A stretch of 64,000 nucleotides of DNA from Rhodoferax sp. (GTDB taxonomy: Bacteria > Pseudomonadota > Gammaproteobacteria > Burkholderiales > Burkholderiaceae_C): NCBI GenBank assembly GCA_025356155.1, contig JANXUQ010000096.1, forward strand, positions 1,260-65,259. Direction: 5' to 3'. A program made the translations under genes and the position numbers. Positions 1-11,914 of this stretch are shown piece by piece. Numbering within the stretch: position 1 is the stretch's first letter; every line of letters begins with the position of its first letter. The notes beneath the pieces were generated by a model. That model saw only the letters and a program-made list of their open reading frames with translations. It did not search any database and was not told the DNA's origin.

Positions 1-34
1 TCCGCATGGGGCGGGCGCGGAAGGTGGTCTGGGC

Positions 35-2221
35 ATGAAAACTTCAAAAATTCTCCTTCTGGCTGGCATAGCCGCGCTGGTGGGCGTTTTTTTTGCTGCT
101 GATCTGGGGCGCTTTTTGAGCCTGGACTACCTGAAAGCCAGCCAGTCAAACATGGCTGCGCTGTATGCCCAAAACCCGTGGGGGGTGCGCGGCGCCTATT
201 TTTTCACCTATGTGGCCGTTGCGGCTTTGTCACTGCCGGGCGCGGCCGTGCTCACGCTGGCCGGTGGCGCGGTATTCGGCTTCGGGTGGGGCTTGCTGCT
301 GGTGTCGTTTGCGTCCAGCCTGGGCGCGACGCTGGCGCTTCTAACCGCCCGCTATGCCTTGCGTGACAGAATGCAGGCGCGTTTTGGCGTCCGCCTGCGC
401 GCTATCAACCGGGGCGTCGAGCGCGACGGTATTTTTTACCTGGTCGGCCTGCGCCTGGTGCCGCTGATCCCTTTTGTCGTCGTCAACCTCGCGATGGGGT
501 TGACCGGCATGCGGATATGGACCTTCTACTGGGTCAGCCAACTGGGCATGCTCGCCGGTACCGCTGTGTATGTGAATGCAGGCACACAGCTGGGGCGCAT
601 CCAGTCCCCCGCCGATGTGCTGAGCCCGGGCTTGCTGGGGTCGTTTGCGTTGCTAGGGGTCTTTCCATTGCTGGCACGCAAGCTGATGGACGCCGCGCAG
701 CGGCGCAAGGTCTACGCGCGCTGGAAGGCAGTGCGGCCCAAAACCTTTGACCGCAACCTCGTAGTCATTGGCGGGGGCGCAGGTGGCCTGGTGTCGGCCT
801 ACATTGCAGCCGCCGTCAAAGCCCGGGTGACGCTGGTGGAAGCACACCAGATGGGCGGCGATTGCCTCAACTATGGCTGCGTGCCCAGCAAGGCGCTGAT
901 TCGCAGCGCTAAGCTTGCGCACCAGATGCGCCACGGCGGGCTGTACGGCCTGCAGAACACCGAGCCCCGCTTCGATTTCAAAGCCATCATGCGACGCGTG
1001 CACGAGGTAGTTGCTGCCATTGCACCGCACGACAGTGTGGAGCGCTATGCCGCCATGGGCGTAGACGTTGTGCAGGGCTATGCCACCATCACCAATCCCT
1101 GGACGGTAGAGATTGCGCTGAGCGGTGGCGGCAGACAGGTGCTGACCACCCGCAGCATCGTCATCGCCGCGGGTGCCCAGCCCCTGGTGCCGCCGCTCCC
1201 GGGTTTGGAGGACGTAGGCTATGTCACCAGCGACACGCTGTGGGAGCGCTTTGCGCAGCTTGACGAAGTGCCTGCACGTCTGGTGGTGCTGGGCGGCGGC
1301 CCCATCGGTTGCGAACTGGCTCAGGCCTTTGCGCGTCTGGGCTCTGTGGTAACGCAAGTGGAGAAGGCGCCGCGCATCCTGCTGCGCGAAGATGCCGAGG
1401 TCTCGACCATCGCCACCGCCGCATTGCGCGCCGATGGGGTGCAGGTGATGACCGGCACCACCGCAGTGCGCTGCGAGCAACACGCCGGTGCCGATGCAAC
1501 CATCAAGACCCTGGTCGTGGACCATGGCGGCGTGGAGCAGCGCATCGTGTTTGACCAATTGCTGTGCGCTGTGGGCCGTGTGGCGCGGCTGAGCGGTTAC
1601 GGCCTGGAAGCGCTGGGCATCCCCACCGATGCAACGGTGCCAACCAATGAATACCTGCAGACTATCTACCCCAATATCTACGCGGCGGGCGATGTGGCAG
1701 GGCCGCTCCAGTTCACACACACAGCAGCGCACCAAGCCTGGTACGCCAGTGTCAACGCGCTATTTGGTGATTTGAAGAAATTCAAGGCCGACTACACAGC
1801 CATACCCCAGGCCACATTCATCGACCCGGAAGTGGCACGCGTGGGCTTGAACGAACAAGAGGCGCAGGAACAGCACATCGCGTTTGAGGTGACCACATTC
1901 GATATCGACGACCTGGATCGCCAGATCTGCGACACCGGTGCAAGCAGCCAGACGCATGGCTTTGTGAAGGTGCTGACCGTCCCCGGCCAGGACCGCATCC
2001 TGGGCGCTACCATCGTGGGAAACCACGCTGCGGATCTGCTGGCCGAGTATGTGCTGGCGATGCAACACGGCCTGGGCCTGAGCAAGATCCTGGCCACCGT
2101 GCACACCTACCCCACGCTGGCCGAAGCGAACAAGTACGCCGCCGGGACATGGAAGCGCGCGCACCCGCCAGTCGCCCTGCTGGAATGGGCGCAAAGGTTC
2201 CATGCCTGGCGCAGAGGTTAA
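35..2221 (+). CDS. VTT/TVP38 (DedA-like) membrane domain fused to class I pyridine nucleotide-disulfide oxidoreductase
   Basis: Hydrophobic N-terminus with SLPGA and LRLVPLIPF VTT motifs; GGGAGG FAD motif, redox-active GGDCLNYGCVPSK, GGGPIGCE, HTYPTLAE dimerisation motif. Confidence 0.88.
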   Translation: MKTSKILLLAGIAALVGVFFAADLGRFLSLDYLKASQSNMAALYAQNPWGVRGAYFFTYVAVAALSLPGAAVLTLAGGAVFGFGWGLLLVSFASSLGATLALLTARYALRDRMQARFGVRLRAINRGVERDGIFYLVGLRLVPLIPFVVVNLAMGLTGMRIWTFYWVSQLGMLAGTAVYVNAGTQLGRIQSPADVLSPGLLGSFALLGVFPLLARKLMDAAQRRKVYARWKAVRPKTFDRNLVVIGGGAGGLVSAYIAAAVKARVTLVEAHQMGGDCLNYGCVPSKALIRSAKLAHQMRHGGLYGLQNTEPRFDFKAIMRRVHEVVAAIAPHDSVERYAAMGVDVVQGYATITNPWTVEIALSGGGRQVLTTRSIVIAAGAQPLVPPLPGLEDVGYVTSDTLWERFAQLDEVPARLVVLGGGPIGCELAQAFARLGSVVTQVEKAPRILLREDAEVSTIATAALRADGVQVMTGTTAVRCEQHAGADATIKTLVVDHGGVEQRIVFDQLLCAVGRVARLSGYGLEALGIPTDATVPTNEYLQTIYPNIYAAGDVAGPLQFTHTAAHQAWYASVNALFGDLKKFKADYTAIPQATFIDPEVARVGLNEQEAQEQHIAFEVTTFDIDDLDRQICDTGASSQTHGFVKVLTVPGQDRILGATIVGNHAADLLAEYVLAMQHGLGLSKILATVHTYPTLAEANKYAAGTWKRAHPPVALLEWAQRFHAWRRG

Positions 2222-2223
2222 AC

Positions 2224-3027
2224 ATGCAAACCCTTGATCGCGAACCATTCGCTATATTTGTGATAGCAACATCCGTAACATTGGCGAGGGCTAGCGCTGT
2301 TTTTTTCATATGCCTCCCTGGAATTGCGATGGCCGAGGAGGTGCCGGTCACGACGGCTGCCACCGCCTTGCACGCATTCTCCGGCGCCGCTGAGGGCCCG
2401 CCCCCGTCACCCTGGCGTGTGGTCGGCCTGCCCGGCAACGCCAAAAAGCCATTGACCCAGTTCGACATCGTCCAACTGGGCGCAGAGCGCGTTCTGCGCG
2501 TGCACGCCGACCACTCTTATGCCAACCTGACCCACGCACTGGGGCCCCATACCACTGGTCACATACTGCACTGGCGCTGGCGGCTGGACCAGCCGATTGC
2601 AAGCGCGGACCTGCACACCAAGGGCGGCGACGATACGCCGATCAAGGTCTGCGCGCTGTTCGACCTGCCGTTGGACCACTTGGGCTTTGTCGATCGCAAC
2701 CTGCTGCGCCTGGCCCGTAGTGCCAGTGGCGAACACTTGCCCGGCGCCACGCTGTGTTACGTGTGGGACCAGAAGCTGGCCACGGGTACCGAGCTACCCA
2801 ATGCATTCACCAAACGCATGCGCTACCTGGTGCTGGACTCGGCCAACAGCCCGCTGCACCAATGGGTATCGCACGCCCGAGATTTGCATGCCGATTTTCT
2901 GCAAAGCTTTGGCACCGAGAGCAGCACCGTGCCGCCGCTGCTGGCCATCGTCGTGGGTGCGGATGCCGACAATACGGGCGAGAGCAGTCTGGCCTATGTG
3001 GGTGACGTGTCGCTCGTGGAACAATAG
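2224..3027 (+). CDS. DUF3047 family protein, probably exported
   Basis: ATG at 2224 just after the upstream stop; LxWRW, KGGDD, LCYVW and GADADNTG motifs; signal-peptide-like N-terminus ending AMA. Confidence 0.75.
   Translation: MQTLDREPFAIFVIATSVTLARASAVFFICLPGIAMAEEVPVTTAATALHAFSGAAEGPPPSPWRVVGLPGNAKKPLTQFDIVQLGAERVLRVHADHSYANLTHALGPHTTGHILHWRWRLDQPIASADLHTKGGDDTPIKVCALFDLPLDHLGFVDRNLLRLARSASGEHLPGATLCYVWDQKLATGTELPNAFTKRMRYLVLDSANSPLHQWVSHARDLHADFLQSFGTESSTVPPLLAIVVGADADNTGESSLAYVGDVSLVEQ
2251..2304 (+). repeat. 54-bp dispersed element, copy 1 (in DUF3047 N-terminus)
   Basis: GCTAT-N7-ATAGC-N17-CGAGGGCTAG-CGCTGTTTTT. Confidence 0.8.
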
Positions 3028-3034
3028 CCGCCCT

Positions 3035-4186
3035 ATGACTGCCCCCACCAGCCAACCCACCGCCCCCTCGCAAAAAACCCAACAACTGGTGCTCTTGGGT
3101 GCCGGCCATGCCCATGTGCAGGTGCTGGCCCAACTCGCAGCCCAGCCCTTGCCAGGCACTGTGGTCACACTGGTTAGCCCCAACCAGCGCTTGGTGTATT
3201 CGGGCATGGTGCCGGGTTTTGTCGCTGGCCACTACCCGTTGGACAGTTGCGTGATACCGCTGGAGCCCCTGGTTCAGCGCAGCGGCATCCGTTGGATAGA
3301 GCGCAGCGCCGTGGGTTTGGACATGCAAAAGCAGTTGATACAACTGGATGACGGCGGCACCCTGCCGTTTGACTGGCTGTCGGTCAACACCGGCCCGGTG
3401 CAAGACCGCGAGAGGATAGAGCGCGACTTGCCCGGCGCTCGCGAGCACGGCTTGTTTGTTCGCCCTATGGACGCCTTCAGCAGCTTGTGGCCGCGCGTGG
3501 TTGAGATGGGCGAGGCACGCGCTTTGCGCATCGCCGTAGTCGGTGCCGGTGCTGGTGGCATCGAACTGGCCCTGGCCGCGCGCCACCGTCTGCCCAATGC
3601 GGCGGTCACTCTGGTTTGCGGCAAGGAGCCTCCAGGCGCGGTGTATACCGCCAAGTTCCAACAACGCCTGCTGGCCGTGTTGAAGAAACACAAGGTAACG
3701 GTATTGCAAGACATGGCCGTATCCTTGACGGCAGGTTCGGTGCAACTGGGCTGCGGTGCCGATTTGGCCTGTGATGTGCCCGTATTGGCCTTAGGCGCAC
3801 AGGCGCCACAGTGGCTGGCAGGCAGCGGCTTGGCGCTGGACACAGAAGGCTTTTTGGCGGTGGACATGTACCAGCGCTCCACCAGCCACAGCCGCGTGTT
3901 TGCGGCCGGTGACGCCAGCACACGCATGGATCGCGCGTTGGCGCGTAGCGGCGTTTACGCAGTGCGGGCCGGAGAGGCATTGGCCCATAACTTGGCGGCT
4001 GCTGTGGCAGGTGCCGCACTCAAGCCCCACCAGCCGCCAGCGACCACCCTGAATTTGCTGTCGTGTGGGGGCCGGTATGCGGTTGCTTCCTGGGGTGGCT
4101 TTAGCACGCAGGGGTGGTGGGTGTGGTTGCTGAAGAACTGGATTGACCGGCGGTTTGTGGCGCGGTTTTCCCGGCCTTCTGTGTAG
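3035..4186 (+). CDS. FAD-dependent oxidoreductase resembling the N-terminal domain of SelD fusions
   Basis: LVLLGAGHAH, YSGMVPG, GAGAGGIE, FAAGD, SGVYAVRAG, WLLKNWIDRRFV; ATG 3035 follows the DUF3047 stop. Confidence 0.8.
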   Translation: MTAPTSQPTAPSQKTQQLVLLGAGHAHVQVLAQLAAQPLPGTVVTLVSPNQRLVYSGMVPGFVAGHYPLDSCVIPLEPLVQRSGIRWIERSAVGLDMQKQLIQLDDGGTLPFDWLSVNTGPVQDRERIERDLPGAREHGLFVRPMDAFSSLWPRVVEMGEARALRIAVVGAGAGGIELALAARHRLPNAAVTLVCGKEPPGAVYTAKFQQRLLAVLKKHKVTVLQDMAVSLTAGSVQLGCGADLACDVPVLALGAQAPQWLAGSGLALDTEGFLAVDMYQRSTSHSRVFAAGDASTRMDRALARSGVYAVRAGEALAHNLAAAVAGAALKPHQPPATTLNLLSCGGRYAVASWGGFSTQGWWVWLLKNWIDRRFVARFSRPSV

Positions 4187-4272
4187 TCGCGTTTTGAGGC
4201 TCTTTGTGCGGCAATCGCGCAATACATCTTGCGCCTGACGGAAATATCCCTGTCAAACTAATTTTTCTCACT

Positions 4273-4287
4273 TGAGAATAATTCTCA
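4273..4287. promoter_or_regulatory. Fur box
   Basis: Perfect 7-1-7 palindrome TGAGAAT-A-ATTCTCA about 90 bp upstream of the iron ABC operon. Confidence 0.85.
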
Positions 4288-4378
4288 GTTACACTTCAAA
4301 CATCTCCTTCAGCAGGCCTCCGTCAGGTACCGGAATCAGCCTGCTGTGCGTTGGACTTACTGCAGCAGATTGACATCA

Positions 4379-5392
4379 ATGAAATACAAGACGATTGTGG
4401 GCGCAACGCTGTTGTGCCTGTTGGGCACATCTTGGACCGCCGTGTTGGCTCAAGCCACCCCGGGTGGGGCGATCACGGTCTACAACGCGCAGCACGCCAG
4501 CCTGACCAAATCCTGGGTGGAAGGCTTCGAGCGCGAAACCGGCATCAAGGTCATCGTGCGCAATGGTGGCGATACAGAACTGGGTAATCAGTTGATACAG
4601 GAAGGCGCCAATACGCCCGCCGATGTCTTTCTGACCGAAAACTCGCCGGCCATGACGCTGGTGGAATCGGCTGGATTGCTGGCGCCGCTGAACCCCGCCA
4701 CGCTGGCCCAGGTGCCCACACACTTGCGCTCCGGCACTGGGCAGTGGACAGGCATTGCCGCCCGCAGCACCGTGTTCATCTACAACAAGATCAAGATGAA
4801 GCCGGCACAAATGCCCAAGTCTCTGTTGGACCTGGCCGACCCCGCCTGGAAAGGCCGCTGGGCCGCCGCACCGGCGGGCGCCGATTTCCAGGCCATTGTC
4901 AGTGCGCTGCTGGAAATGAAGGGCGAAGCCGTCACGCTGAACTGGCTCAAGGGAATGAAGGAAAACGCCAAGACCTACAAGGGTAACGGCGTGGTGTTGA
5001 AGGCGGTCAATACCGGTGAGGTGGAGTCCGGCGTCATCTACCACTACTACCGCATCAGCGACCAGGCCAAGACCGGCGAAAACAGCAACAGCACCAGCAT
5101 GTACTACTTCCGCAATGAAGATCCGGGCGCGTTCGTCAGCATCTCCGGCGGTGCTGTGTTGGCGGCCAGCAAACACAAGCCGGAAGCACAGGCCTTCATC
5201 CAATGGATCACCGGCAAGGGCGGGCAAGAGATTCTGCGAACCGGCAGCTCCTACGAATACGCGGTGGGTGTGGGCGCCGAGTCCAGCCCCAGGCTGGTGC
5301 CCATGGCTGACCTGCATGCGCCCAAGTTGGAACCGTCAAAGCTCAACGGCAAGAAGGTCGCGGACCTGATGACGCAAGCCGGGCTGCTGTAA
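4379..5392 (+). CDS. fbpA: Fe3+ ABC transporter periplasmic binding protein (FbpA/SfuA type)
   Basis: Signal peptide, YNAQH, ADVFLTENS and IYHYY iron-ligand motifs; Fur box upstream. Confidence 0.88.
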   Translation: MKYKTIVGATLLCLLGTSWTAVLAQATPGGAITVYNAQHASLTKSWVEGFERETGIKVIVRNGGDTELGNQLIQEGANTPADVFLTENSPAMTLVESAGLLAPLNPATLAQVPTHLRSGTGQWTGIAARSTVFIYNKIKMKPAQMPKSLLDLADPAWKGRWAAAPAGADFQAIVSALLEMKGEAVTLNWLKGMKENAKTYKGNGVVLKAVNTGEVESGVIYHYYRISDQAKTGENSNSTSMYYFRNEDPGAFVSISGGAVLAASKHKPEAQAFIQWITGKGGQEILRTGSSYEYAVGVGAESSPRLVPMADLHAPKLEPSKLNGKKVADLMTQAGLL

Positions 5393-5407
5393 CGACCAAG
5401 GGTTCTC

Positions 5408-7018
5408 GTGCAGACAGTTCCCTCATTTGCGGCGGACATGGGCGCCGCAGTTGCAACACCGGTCACGGCGGCCATGCGCGAACCATCCAGACACCAGCAC
5501 CCAAAATCGGTGGCTTCGCCATGGGTCATCGTGGTCGCCCTGCTGGTGACTGCGTGTGCGCTACTGCCGCTAGGTTTTGTCGTGTGGGTGGCCATACAGA
5601 CCGGGTGGGATACGGTCTTCGCCTTGGTCTTTAGGCCACGCGTGGGTGAGCTGCTGGTTAACTCCGCGCTGTTGGTATGCTGCACCGTTCCAATCTGTGC
5701 CGTGCTGGCTACCGCACTGGCCTGGTTGACCGAACGCAGTGATTTGCCGGGCCACCGCCTGTGGTCGTGGCTGGCGATTGCACCACTGGCCGTGCCTGCC
5801 TTTGTGCAAAGTTACGCGTGGATCACGGTCACGCCCCGGCTTAGCGGCTTGGGTGGCGGTGTGCTGGTTTCCGTGTTCGCGTATTTCCCGTTTCTGTATT
5901 TGCCCGTTGCTGCGGCACTGCGGCGCCTGGACCCGAGTGTGGAAGACGCTGCAGCCGCGCTTGGATTACCGCCCCTACACGTATTTTTGCGCGTGGTCTT
6001 GCCGCAACTGCGCTTGGCCCTGTGTGGAGGCTCATTGCTGATCGGCTTGCACCTGCTGGCGGAGTATGGCCTGTATGTGATGATTCGCTTCGACACCTTC
6101 ACCACGGCCATCGTTGACCAGTTCCAATCCAGCTACAACGGACCTGCCGCCAGCATGCTGGCCGGTGTATTGGCAGTTTGCTGCATGGCGCTGCTCGGCG
6201 GCGAGATGGTGGCCCGTGGAGACGAGCGGTATGCACGCGTAGGCTCCGGCGCACCGCGCATGCCCATCCGCCAACGTTTGGGTCGCGCCACATTACTTTG
6301 TTTGTTATTGCCTGTGTTGACCACGGCTTTGGCATTGGGCATACCGCTGGTGACGCTGGGCCGCTGGCTGTATATCGGCGGTGCGGCTGTCTGGAATGTG
6401 CCAGAAATGGCGGCAGCCATTGCACAAACGCTAGGCCTTGCTACCGGTGGGGCTTTGTTGACAACGCTGGTCGCTGTGCCGATGGCTTGGCTTTCTATCC
6501 GCTCACCCGGGCGCTTGCAGCGCCTGCTGGAAACCGGCAACTACGTCGTGGGCGCGTTGCCGGGTGTTGTCGTGGCGCTGGCCCTGGTGACCGTGACCGT
6601 GCGCTTACCGATCTACCAAACCGCCCTCACCGTTTTGCTGGCCTATGCCATTCTGTTCTTGCCGCGCGCCCTGGTCAGCCTGCGAGGCGGCATCTCACAG
6701 GCCCCCGTTGAGCTGGAGCAGGTGGCCCGCAGCCTCGGTAGCACACCCGCCGGGGCGCTGTGGTCTGTCACCTTGCGATTGGCGGCGCCCAGCGCGGCAG
6801 CTGGCATGGCCATGGTCTTTTTGGGTGTGACCAACGAATTGACCGCCACCCTGATGCTGGCGCCCAATGGCGTACAAACCCTTGCGACGAGTTTCTGGAG
6901 CTACAGCGGCGAGCTGGATTACGCAGCAGCAGCACCCTATGCCCTGCTGATGATCCTGCTGTCGCTACCCATGACATGGATGCTGCAAATGCAATCAAAA
7001 CGAAGTGCGGGACGATGA
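5408..7018 (+). CDS. fbpB: Fe3+ ABC transporter permease
   Basis: Two EAA-like loops ([16 protein letters not shown]) and many TM segments; exact start uncertain. Confidence 0.88.
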   Translation: MQTVPSFAADMGAAVATPVTAAMREPSRHQHPKSVASPWVIVVALLVTACALLPLGFVVWVAIQTGWDTVFALVFRPRVGELLVNSALLVCCTVPICAVLATALAWLTERSDLPGHRLWSWLAIAPLAVPAFVQSYAWITVTPRLSGLGGGVLVSVFAYFPFLYLPVAAALRRLDPSVEDAAAALGLPPLHVFLRVVLPQLRLALCGGSLLIGLHLLAEYGLYVMIRFDTFTTAIVDQFQSSYNGPAASMLAGVLAVCCMALLGGEMVARGDERYARVGSGAPRMPIRQRLGRATLLCLLLPVLTTALALGIPLVTLGRWLYIGGAAVWNVPEMAAAIAQTLGLATGGALLTTLVAVPMAWLSIRSPGRLQRLLETGNYVVGALPGVVVALALVTVTVRLPIYQTALTVLLAYAILFLPRALVSLRGGISQAPVELEQVARSLGSTPAGALWSVTLRLAAPSAAAGMAMVFLGVTNELTATLMLAPNGVQTLATSFWSYSGELDYAAAAPYALLMILLSLPMTWMLQMQSKRSAGR

Positions 7019-8118
7019 CCGACTACCTCAAGCTCAGCGGCATTGACAAGAGTTACGGCAACGCCCAGGTGCTGCATAGCATAGACCTGCAAGTGACGGC
7101 CGGCAGCCGCACCGCCATCGTTGGGCCATCGGGCTCCGGAAAAACCACACTGTTGCGCATCATCGCCGGGTTTGAAGCACCCAACGCGGGATCTCTGACC
7201 TTGGGCGGCAGCGTCTTGGCAGACGGTTCGCATGCGGTACCAGCACACCAGCGCGGTATAGGATTTGTGCCGCAAGAGGGCGCGCTGTTTCCGCACCTGA
7301 ACGTAGCCGACAATATTGGCTTTGGCCTCCTGCGCAACGCATCGGACAGGCAAGCCCGCATCCACGAACTGATGGATATGGTCGCACTGGACCCTGCGTT
7401 ATTGCGCGCACGACCGCACGAAATCTCCGGCGGCCAGCAACAGCGCGTGGCACTGGCGCGCGCACTGGCGCTACGCCCTAAATTAATACTGCTGGACGAG
7501 CCGTTCTCTGCACTGGATACCGGCCTGCGGGTCGCCACCCGCAAAGCGGTTGCGGAACTGCTGGGGCGTGCTGGCATCACCACCATTTTGGTCACCCATG
7601 ATCAGGCTGAAGCGCTGTCATTTGCCGACACAGTCGCCGTCATGCGCGCCGGGCGCTTGGTGCAGGTGGGCGCCGCCAAAGAGGTATACCAACGCCCGGT
7701 CGATGCAGACACCGCCGCCTTTCTGGGTGACGCCATCATCTTGCCCGCCTCTGTGGCGAACGGCAGAGCACACTGCGAACTTGGCCACATCACTGTGGAC
7801 GACACCCTGCTGACGGGACTACAGCACATCGTGCTGCGCCCGGAGCAACTGTCGATTGTTGTTGAAAGTTCACAGCGCGGAGCTGACAGGGGCTGCGCCA
7901 CCTCCCACGGCGTGGTCACCCACCTGGATTTTCTGGGCAGCACCTGCGATTTGCAAATTACTGTGGCGGCAGCGGGTGCTTCGCTGCCTGTGGCGCTCGG
8001 TGCGGCGCAATCTGGGCGTTCCATCTCGGTAAATGCTCCCACCAATCCGGACATTGGTGTGGGATCACAGGTTCGCATAACTGTCACCGGGTCTGCCCAC
8101 GTATTACGCACGCCCTAA
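7015..8118 (+). CDS. fbpC: Fe3+ ABC transporter ATP-binding protein
   Basis: [22 protein letters not shown]; ATGA overlap with the permease stop. Confidence 0.88.
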   Translation: MTDYLKLSGIDKSYGNAQVLHSIDLQVTAGSRTAIVGPSGSGKTTLLRIIAGFEAPNAGSLTLGGSVLADGSHAVPAHQRGIGFVPQEGALFPHLNVADNIGFGLLRNASDRQARIHELMDMVALDPALLRARPHEISGGQQQRVALARALALRPKLILLDEPFSALDTGLRVATRKAVAELLGRAGITTILVTHDQAEALSFADTVAVMRAGRLVQVGAAKEVYQRPVDADTAAFLGDAIILPASVANGRAHCELGHITVDDTLLTGLQHIVLRPEQLSIVVESSQRGADRGCATSHGVVTHLDFLGSTCDLQITVAAAGASLPVALGAAQSGRSISVNAPTNPDIGVGSQVRITVTGSAHVLRTP

Positions 8119-8146
8119 GCAAAACCCTGGCAATCATTGAGGATAT

Positions 8147-8167
8147 TGCGAATACGAGCAATTCGCA
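8147..8167. promoter_or_regulatory. Probable Fur-type operator upstream of bfd
   Basis: TGCGAAT-N7-ATTCGCA inverted repeat; bfd is commonly Fur-repressed. Confidence 0.5.
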
Positions 8168-8211
8168 TTTATAATCAAAAATCGCTAACCGATCATTTAA
8201 ATAACCCCGCC

Positions 8212-8448
8212 ATGATTGTTTGTGTCTGCAAACGCATTTCTGACCGAGAGATTGCCCGCCACGTGCGTGCGGGCATGGGCTTTGACGATATCCAGTTTGA
8301 GCTGGGTGTTGCCACGCAATGTGGCAAGTGCGAAGAATGTGCCCGAGACGTCGTGGCGCAATGCAATAGTGCGCACCCGGTTGCCGCGTTGCGCCGCGAA
8401 TCGCAGCCAATCGTGATGCACGGGCGCTTGTCCGCCATCCACGCCTAG
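8212..8448 (+). CDS. bfd: Bacterioferritin-associated ferredoxin
   Basis: MIVCVC...CGKC four-Cys pattern; adjacent to bfr. Confidence 0.9.
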   Translation: MIVCVCKRISDREIARHVRAGMGFDDIQFELGVATQCGKCEECARDVVAQCNSAHPVAALRRESQPIVMHGRLSAIHA

Positions 8449-8450
8449 TC

Positions 8451-8927
8451 TTAGCTAACCGCGCCCATCTGACTTTGCAGGTAGTTCTGTAGGCCAACCT
8501 TGTCGATCAGTTCGATTTGGGTCTCCAGAAAATCAATGTGCTCTTCGGTATCGTCCAGAATGCCTTGCAGCAAATCGCGTGATCCATAGTCGCGGACCGA
8601 TTCGCAGTGTGCAATACCCGCTTTGATAGTGGCCTGAGCGCCCTGCTCGCTTTGCAAATCACACGCCAAAACCTCCGGCACGTTTTCACCCACCAATAGT
8701 TTGGACAGGTCTTGCAAGTTGGGCAAGCCGTCGAGCATGAAGATGCGGTCCATCAGCTTGTCGGCGTGTTTCATCTCACCGATGGATTCTTCGTATTCCT
8801 TCTTCGCCAGCTTATCCAGCCCCCAGTGCTTGAGCATGCGGTAGTGCAGGAAATATTGGTTGATGGCTGTCAGCTCGTTTTTCAACTGTGCTTGCAGATG
8901 CACGATTACTTGCGCGTCACCCTTCAT
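8451..8927 (-). CDS. bfr: Bacterioferritin
   Basis: MKGD start, ELTAINQYFLH, EMKHAD, EEHIDFLE; GGAG RBS before 8927. Confidence 0.95.
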   Translation of the reverse strand: MKGDAQVIVHLQAQLKNELTAINQYFLHYRMLKHWGLDKLAKKEYEESIGEMKHADKLMDRIFMLDGLPNLQDLSKLLVGENVPEVLACDLQSEQGAQATIKAGIAHCESVRDYGSRDLLQGILDDTEEHIDFLETQIELIDKVGLQNYLQSQMGAVS

Positions 8928-9142
8928 GGGATTCTCCTTGGATTCAAATAACAACCGCCTATTCTCTCCGCCCTTCAACCAATATCCAAGGGATCACGGC
9001 CAAATACCCATGGGCGAGCGGTCTGCTTGCGTATGAGGTTGATAGGTGTTCGCGTTTTGACGCTTCAGCAGTATCCGACCGTGATGTGCGATTTACACTG
9101 CCAAAAAACGTTTCAAGTTTTAAGAACCCGACAGGAACTCCC

Positions 9143-9418
9143 ATGTTCAAGATTTACGGTACCGATGCGCACAACCAAATCCACGCACAGGAAACTTCGG
9201 ATCTGGTTGCCGCTTTGCAGATCAGCAAAGAGATGCGTGACGCCGGCGACACGTTTGTCACGATGGCCAGCGAAAACCCCCAGCATGTCGGCAAACCCGG
9301 CGTTGACACTGTTGCGGATGGAAAGACGCCCGATGGCCATGACTACGACTGGTCCAAGGCCGGCCGCGCAGGCAAGCCGCGCGCCGGTGACCGTGTGATC
9401 ACCAAAAAAGACTTTTAG
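9143..9418 (+). CDS. Small hypothetical protein
   Basis: AGGA RBS then ATG; 91 aa with FVTMASENPQHVGKPGVD and YDWSK motifs. Confidence 0.65.
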   Translation: MFKIYGTDAHNQIHAQETSDLVAALQISKEMRDAGDTFVTMASENPQHVGKPGVDTVADGKTPDGHDYDWSKAGRAGKPRAGDRVITKKDF

Positions 9419-9486
9419 CGGAAGGCAAACCACGCGCTGCGGGCGGGATTTTCAATTCCGCAAATATCCGCTCATTCCCTCATGGA

Positions 9487-9512
9487 CTTGAAAACATCCG
9501 AAATGCCCTTAT
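9487..9512 (+). promoter_or_regulatory. Sigma-32 (RpoH)-type promoter of groESL
   Basis: CTTGAA-N13-CCCTTAT directly upstream of CIRCE. Confidence 0.65.
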
Positions 9513-9514
9513 CA

Positions 9515-9541
9515 TTAGCACTCGTCGATACTGAGTGCTAA
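9515..9541. promoter_or_regulatory. CIRCE element (HrcA operator)
   Basis: Exact TTAGCACTC-N9-GAGTGCTAA. Confidence 0.95.
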
Positions 9542-9632
9542 CACCCTCTGAATCGCAAGTTAATGAGTGCCAACTTCCTGAAGTTTGTACGAGTTTGTGA
9601 CCGAAATTGTTTTAAAACCTAGGAGATTCCCC

Positions 9633-9923
9633 ATGAAATTGCGTCCTTTGGCAGACCGCGTGATTGTTAAACGCGTCGAAAACGAGACCAAGACCGCTTC
9701 CGGCATCGTGATCCCTGACAGCGCCGCAGAAAAGCCTGATCAAGGTGAAGTCTTGGCCGTTGGCCCAGGCAAGAAGAACGACAAGGGTGACCTGATTGCC
9801 ATGAACGTCAAGGTCGGTGACCGTGTCTTGTTCGGCAAGTACAGCGGCCAGACCGTCAAGGTTGCAGGCGACGAGCTGTTGGTCATGAAGGAAGACGACC
9901 TCTTTGCCGTCGTCGAAAAGTAA
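9633..9923 (+). CDS. groES: Co-chaperonin GroES
   Basis: [32 protein letters not shown]; AGGAG RBS. Confidence 0.97.
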   Translation: MKLRPLADRVIVKRVENETKTASGIVIPDSAAEKPDQGEVLAVGPGKKNDKGDLIAMNVKVGDRVLFGKYSGQTVKVAGDELLVMKEDDLFAVVEK

Positions 9924-9931
9924 TTCAAGTC

Positions 9932-9985
9932 ACTATCAAATTAATAGCTAGTCACGTAATGTTTACGCGGGCTAGCGGTTCATTT
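9932..9985 (+). repeat. 54-bp dispersed element, copy 2 (groES-groEL intergenic)
   Basis: ACTAT-N7-ATAGC-N17-CGCGGGCTAG-CGGTTCATTT. Confidence 0.8.
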
Positions 9986-9995
9986 CACTAATTAG

Positions 9996-11657
<1,662 letters not shown>

Positions 11658-11788
11658 AAGGCTCCTTGCCTGGCGACCTACGGCGTCGTTGTTTGGGCTT
11701 GCGGTACCGCAGGTACTGTCAGCGCCCAAACGCCTAGCTGTAGATCACCATGCTGCGTCGAGTTGCGTTATCGCTCTCGACGTGAAGA

Positions 11789-11832
11789 CAACAAAAAACC
11801 CGCCAGGTGCGAATCTGGCGGGTTTTTTGTTG
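11789..11832. terminator. Bidirectional intrinsic terminator after groEL
   Basis: AAAAAACCCGCCAG-N8-CTGGCGGGTTTTTT between convergent genes. Confidence 0.9.
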
Positions 11833-11851
11833 TCTGCCCTATCTCCCAGAT

Positions 11852-11905
11852 ACTACAGTTTTCATAGCTACATCTTCATATTTCACGAGGGCTGCAGGCC
11901 GATTC
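11852..11905 (+). repeat. 54-bp dispersed element, copy 3
   Basis: ACTAC-N7-ATAGC-N17-CGAGGGCTGC-AGGCCGATTC. Confidence 0.8.
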
Positions 11906-11914
11906 GTTAAAAAT

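Noticed and set aside
35-2221. Mercuric reductase merA
   Set aside because: No C-terminal Cys-Cys pair, no metal-binding N-terminal domain and no mer genes nearby
3035-4186. Selenophosphate synthetase selD
   Set aside because: Only the flavoprotein domain is present; no AIR-synthase-like SelD domain
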